Shown piece after piece: positions 62,482-64,000 of a DNA stretch of 64,000 nucleotides (position 1 is the stretch's first letter; each line of letters starts with the position of its first letter). Under the pieces are notes generated by a model. The model saw only the letters and a program-made list of their open reading frames with translations, did not search any database and was not told where the DNA came from. The translations under genes were made by a program, and so were the position numbers. The stretch comes from Podarcis bocagei (lineage: Eukaryota). The stretch lies in assembly GCA_964188305.1 (NCBI GenBank), contig OZ076894.1; one strand, 5' to 3'.

Positions 62482-63792
62482 CCAGTCATCTTCCATGGCC
62501 TTCCCAAGTGCTTTTGTTTGGCTGGAACACATGCTCTTGAGCAGCAATAATGCATCTTGCTTGCCTGCATGGATGGAGGATGGAGGGTGTGTGTAAACCT
62601 GTGATGTTTGTGTAGCTGGAATATAGCCTTCTGAACAAAGGTAGAGTCCCATCTGTTGCTCCAGTTTTTGCCTCTGCTCCTAACCATCACGTGGCCCTTG
62701 AAAGGGTGCAAATGAGGGTATGTAGCCTCTAAGCTGAAAAAGTTTCTGCATCCCTGGCTGGAAGGTTTATAGCTAAAAATAAAAAGCACAATGTTTTTCC
62801 CTACCAAACAACCATGTTATTCCCTCCCCTTTGCTGAACAAGGTCATCATTGGTATTTTGTGGTTTGTCTACCTCTGATGTTAGAGCTCTGGGTGCTATA
62901 ATTAAACATAAGTATTCTCTCATGAATATTAAAGAAACTGACTTCCTTCAGTGTTTCCTGGCATTTGCATAATTATAATCTCTGCAATGCCTGTCAGATT
63001 TGAGCTGTCAAGTCTGTTTACACTGCAGTGGGAAACTATTTACTGGGACGTACAAATGTAACATTTGCATTTGTAACAGCTTGAACTCTATTATGGTAAA
63101 AAGATTCATTTCCTGGGTGTCGTTTTTGAAGTCAGATGTATTCAGATTTGGCCTTTTCCACATCCCATCAACAGACATCTGTATTTCCTCCTGGTCTTTC
63201 ATTCGGTTGCTGAATCTTTGGGGAAGGGCTGCAGCTCAACAGCAGAGCGCACAGTTTGGAGGCAGAACGTCCCAGGTTTGATCCTCGGTATCTACTGGTA
63301 GGGCTGGGAACGTCCTTTGTCTGAAAGCCTGGAGAACCACTACCAGTCAACACTGGCAATACAGACTCACTATCAGGTAGCTTGCTATGTTCTTGTTCTC
63401 AAGATCCACCTTGCCCAGCCTCTTGCTTTCCAGATGATCGGACTCTAATCATCAGGACCAGTGGCCATGCTGTCTGCGATGGATGGAAGTTGTAGTCCCA
63501 AACATCTGCAGGGCACCAAGTTGTGGGAAGGATGTTCCAGCAAATATTTTACTCTCAGCATAATTTACGTAAATTGTTAAAGGAAGCCCCAGGCTACCAA
63601 CAGCCATGCTTACCATAAAAAGCACGTAGGAAGGCTCCCATACACACAGTCATACCCTTGGTCCATCTAGCTCATTTTTGTCAGCACTGACAAGTAGCTG
63701 CTCTCCAGGGTTTTAGGAATGGGCCCATCCAGCCCTAAATGGGGATGCTAAGGATTGAATTCATGTGCTCTACTGCTAAGCTGCATCCCTCT

Positions 63793-64000
63793 AAGAAGAG
63801 TTTGGATTTGATATCCAGCTTTATCACTACCCGAAGGAGTCTCAAAGCGGCTAACATTCTCCTTTCCCTTCCTCCCCCACAACAAACACTCTGTGAGGTG
63901 AGTGGGGCTGAGAGACTTCAAAGAAGTGTGACTAGCACAAGGTGCATGTGGAGAAGCGGAGACGCGAACCCAGTTCACCAGATTACGAGTCCACCGCTCT
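63793..64000 (-). mobile_element. Squam3-like SINE, cut by window end
   Basis: Reverse complement of the 9247 copy with a ~12-nt internal deletion; short CTT tail. Confidence 0.85.

Noticed and set aside
1-64000. The many 60-160 aa ORFs in the six-frame track
   Set aside because: Apart from the ENPEP exons and LINE remnants they show no recognisable domains, often start at GTG/TTG, and many fall in GC-rich MITEs, SINEs or microsatellites; this is expected by chance.

Overview
Vertebrate (squamate) genomic DNA, most likely from a lacertid lizard judging from the Sauria SINE and (CTT)-tailed Squam3-type SINE content. The only host protein-coding gene is ENPEP (glutamyl aminopeptidase / aminopeptidase A) on the minus strand. 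Coding exons 1-8 lie between 36891 and 4593 (1518 nt, 506 codons, all GT-AG, frames join without stops, GAMEN and HELVH-x18-E motifs intact). Exon 9 onward was not found and probably lies left of the window. Positions ~37-64 kb are upstream intergenic sequence. The rest is a dense, often nested transposon landscape: SINEs, CR1/L2/L1 LINE fragments, Tc2-type, Tigger-type and hAT MITEs, solo LTRs, Penelope-like termini and a putative DIRS/Ngaro-like terminal repeat. I found no new protein-coding system. The most unusual observations are structural: a 2.3 kb L1 with a twin-priming-type inversion and 20-bp TSD, a spacerless perfect 150-bp palindrome built from a Penelope hammerhead-ribozyme terminus, a highly structured ~750-bp DIRS/Ngaro-like terminal unit, and a Tc2-type MITE family with constant ends but modular, palindromic, variable interiors. 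Repeat family names come from recalled consensus motifs, not from a database search.
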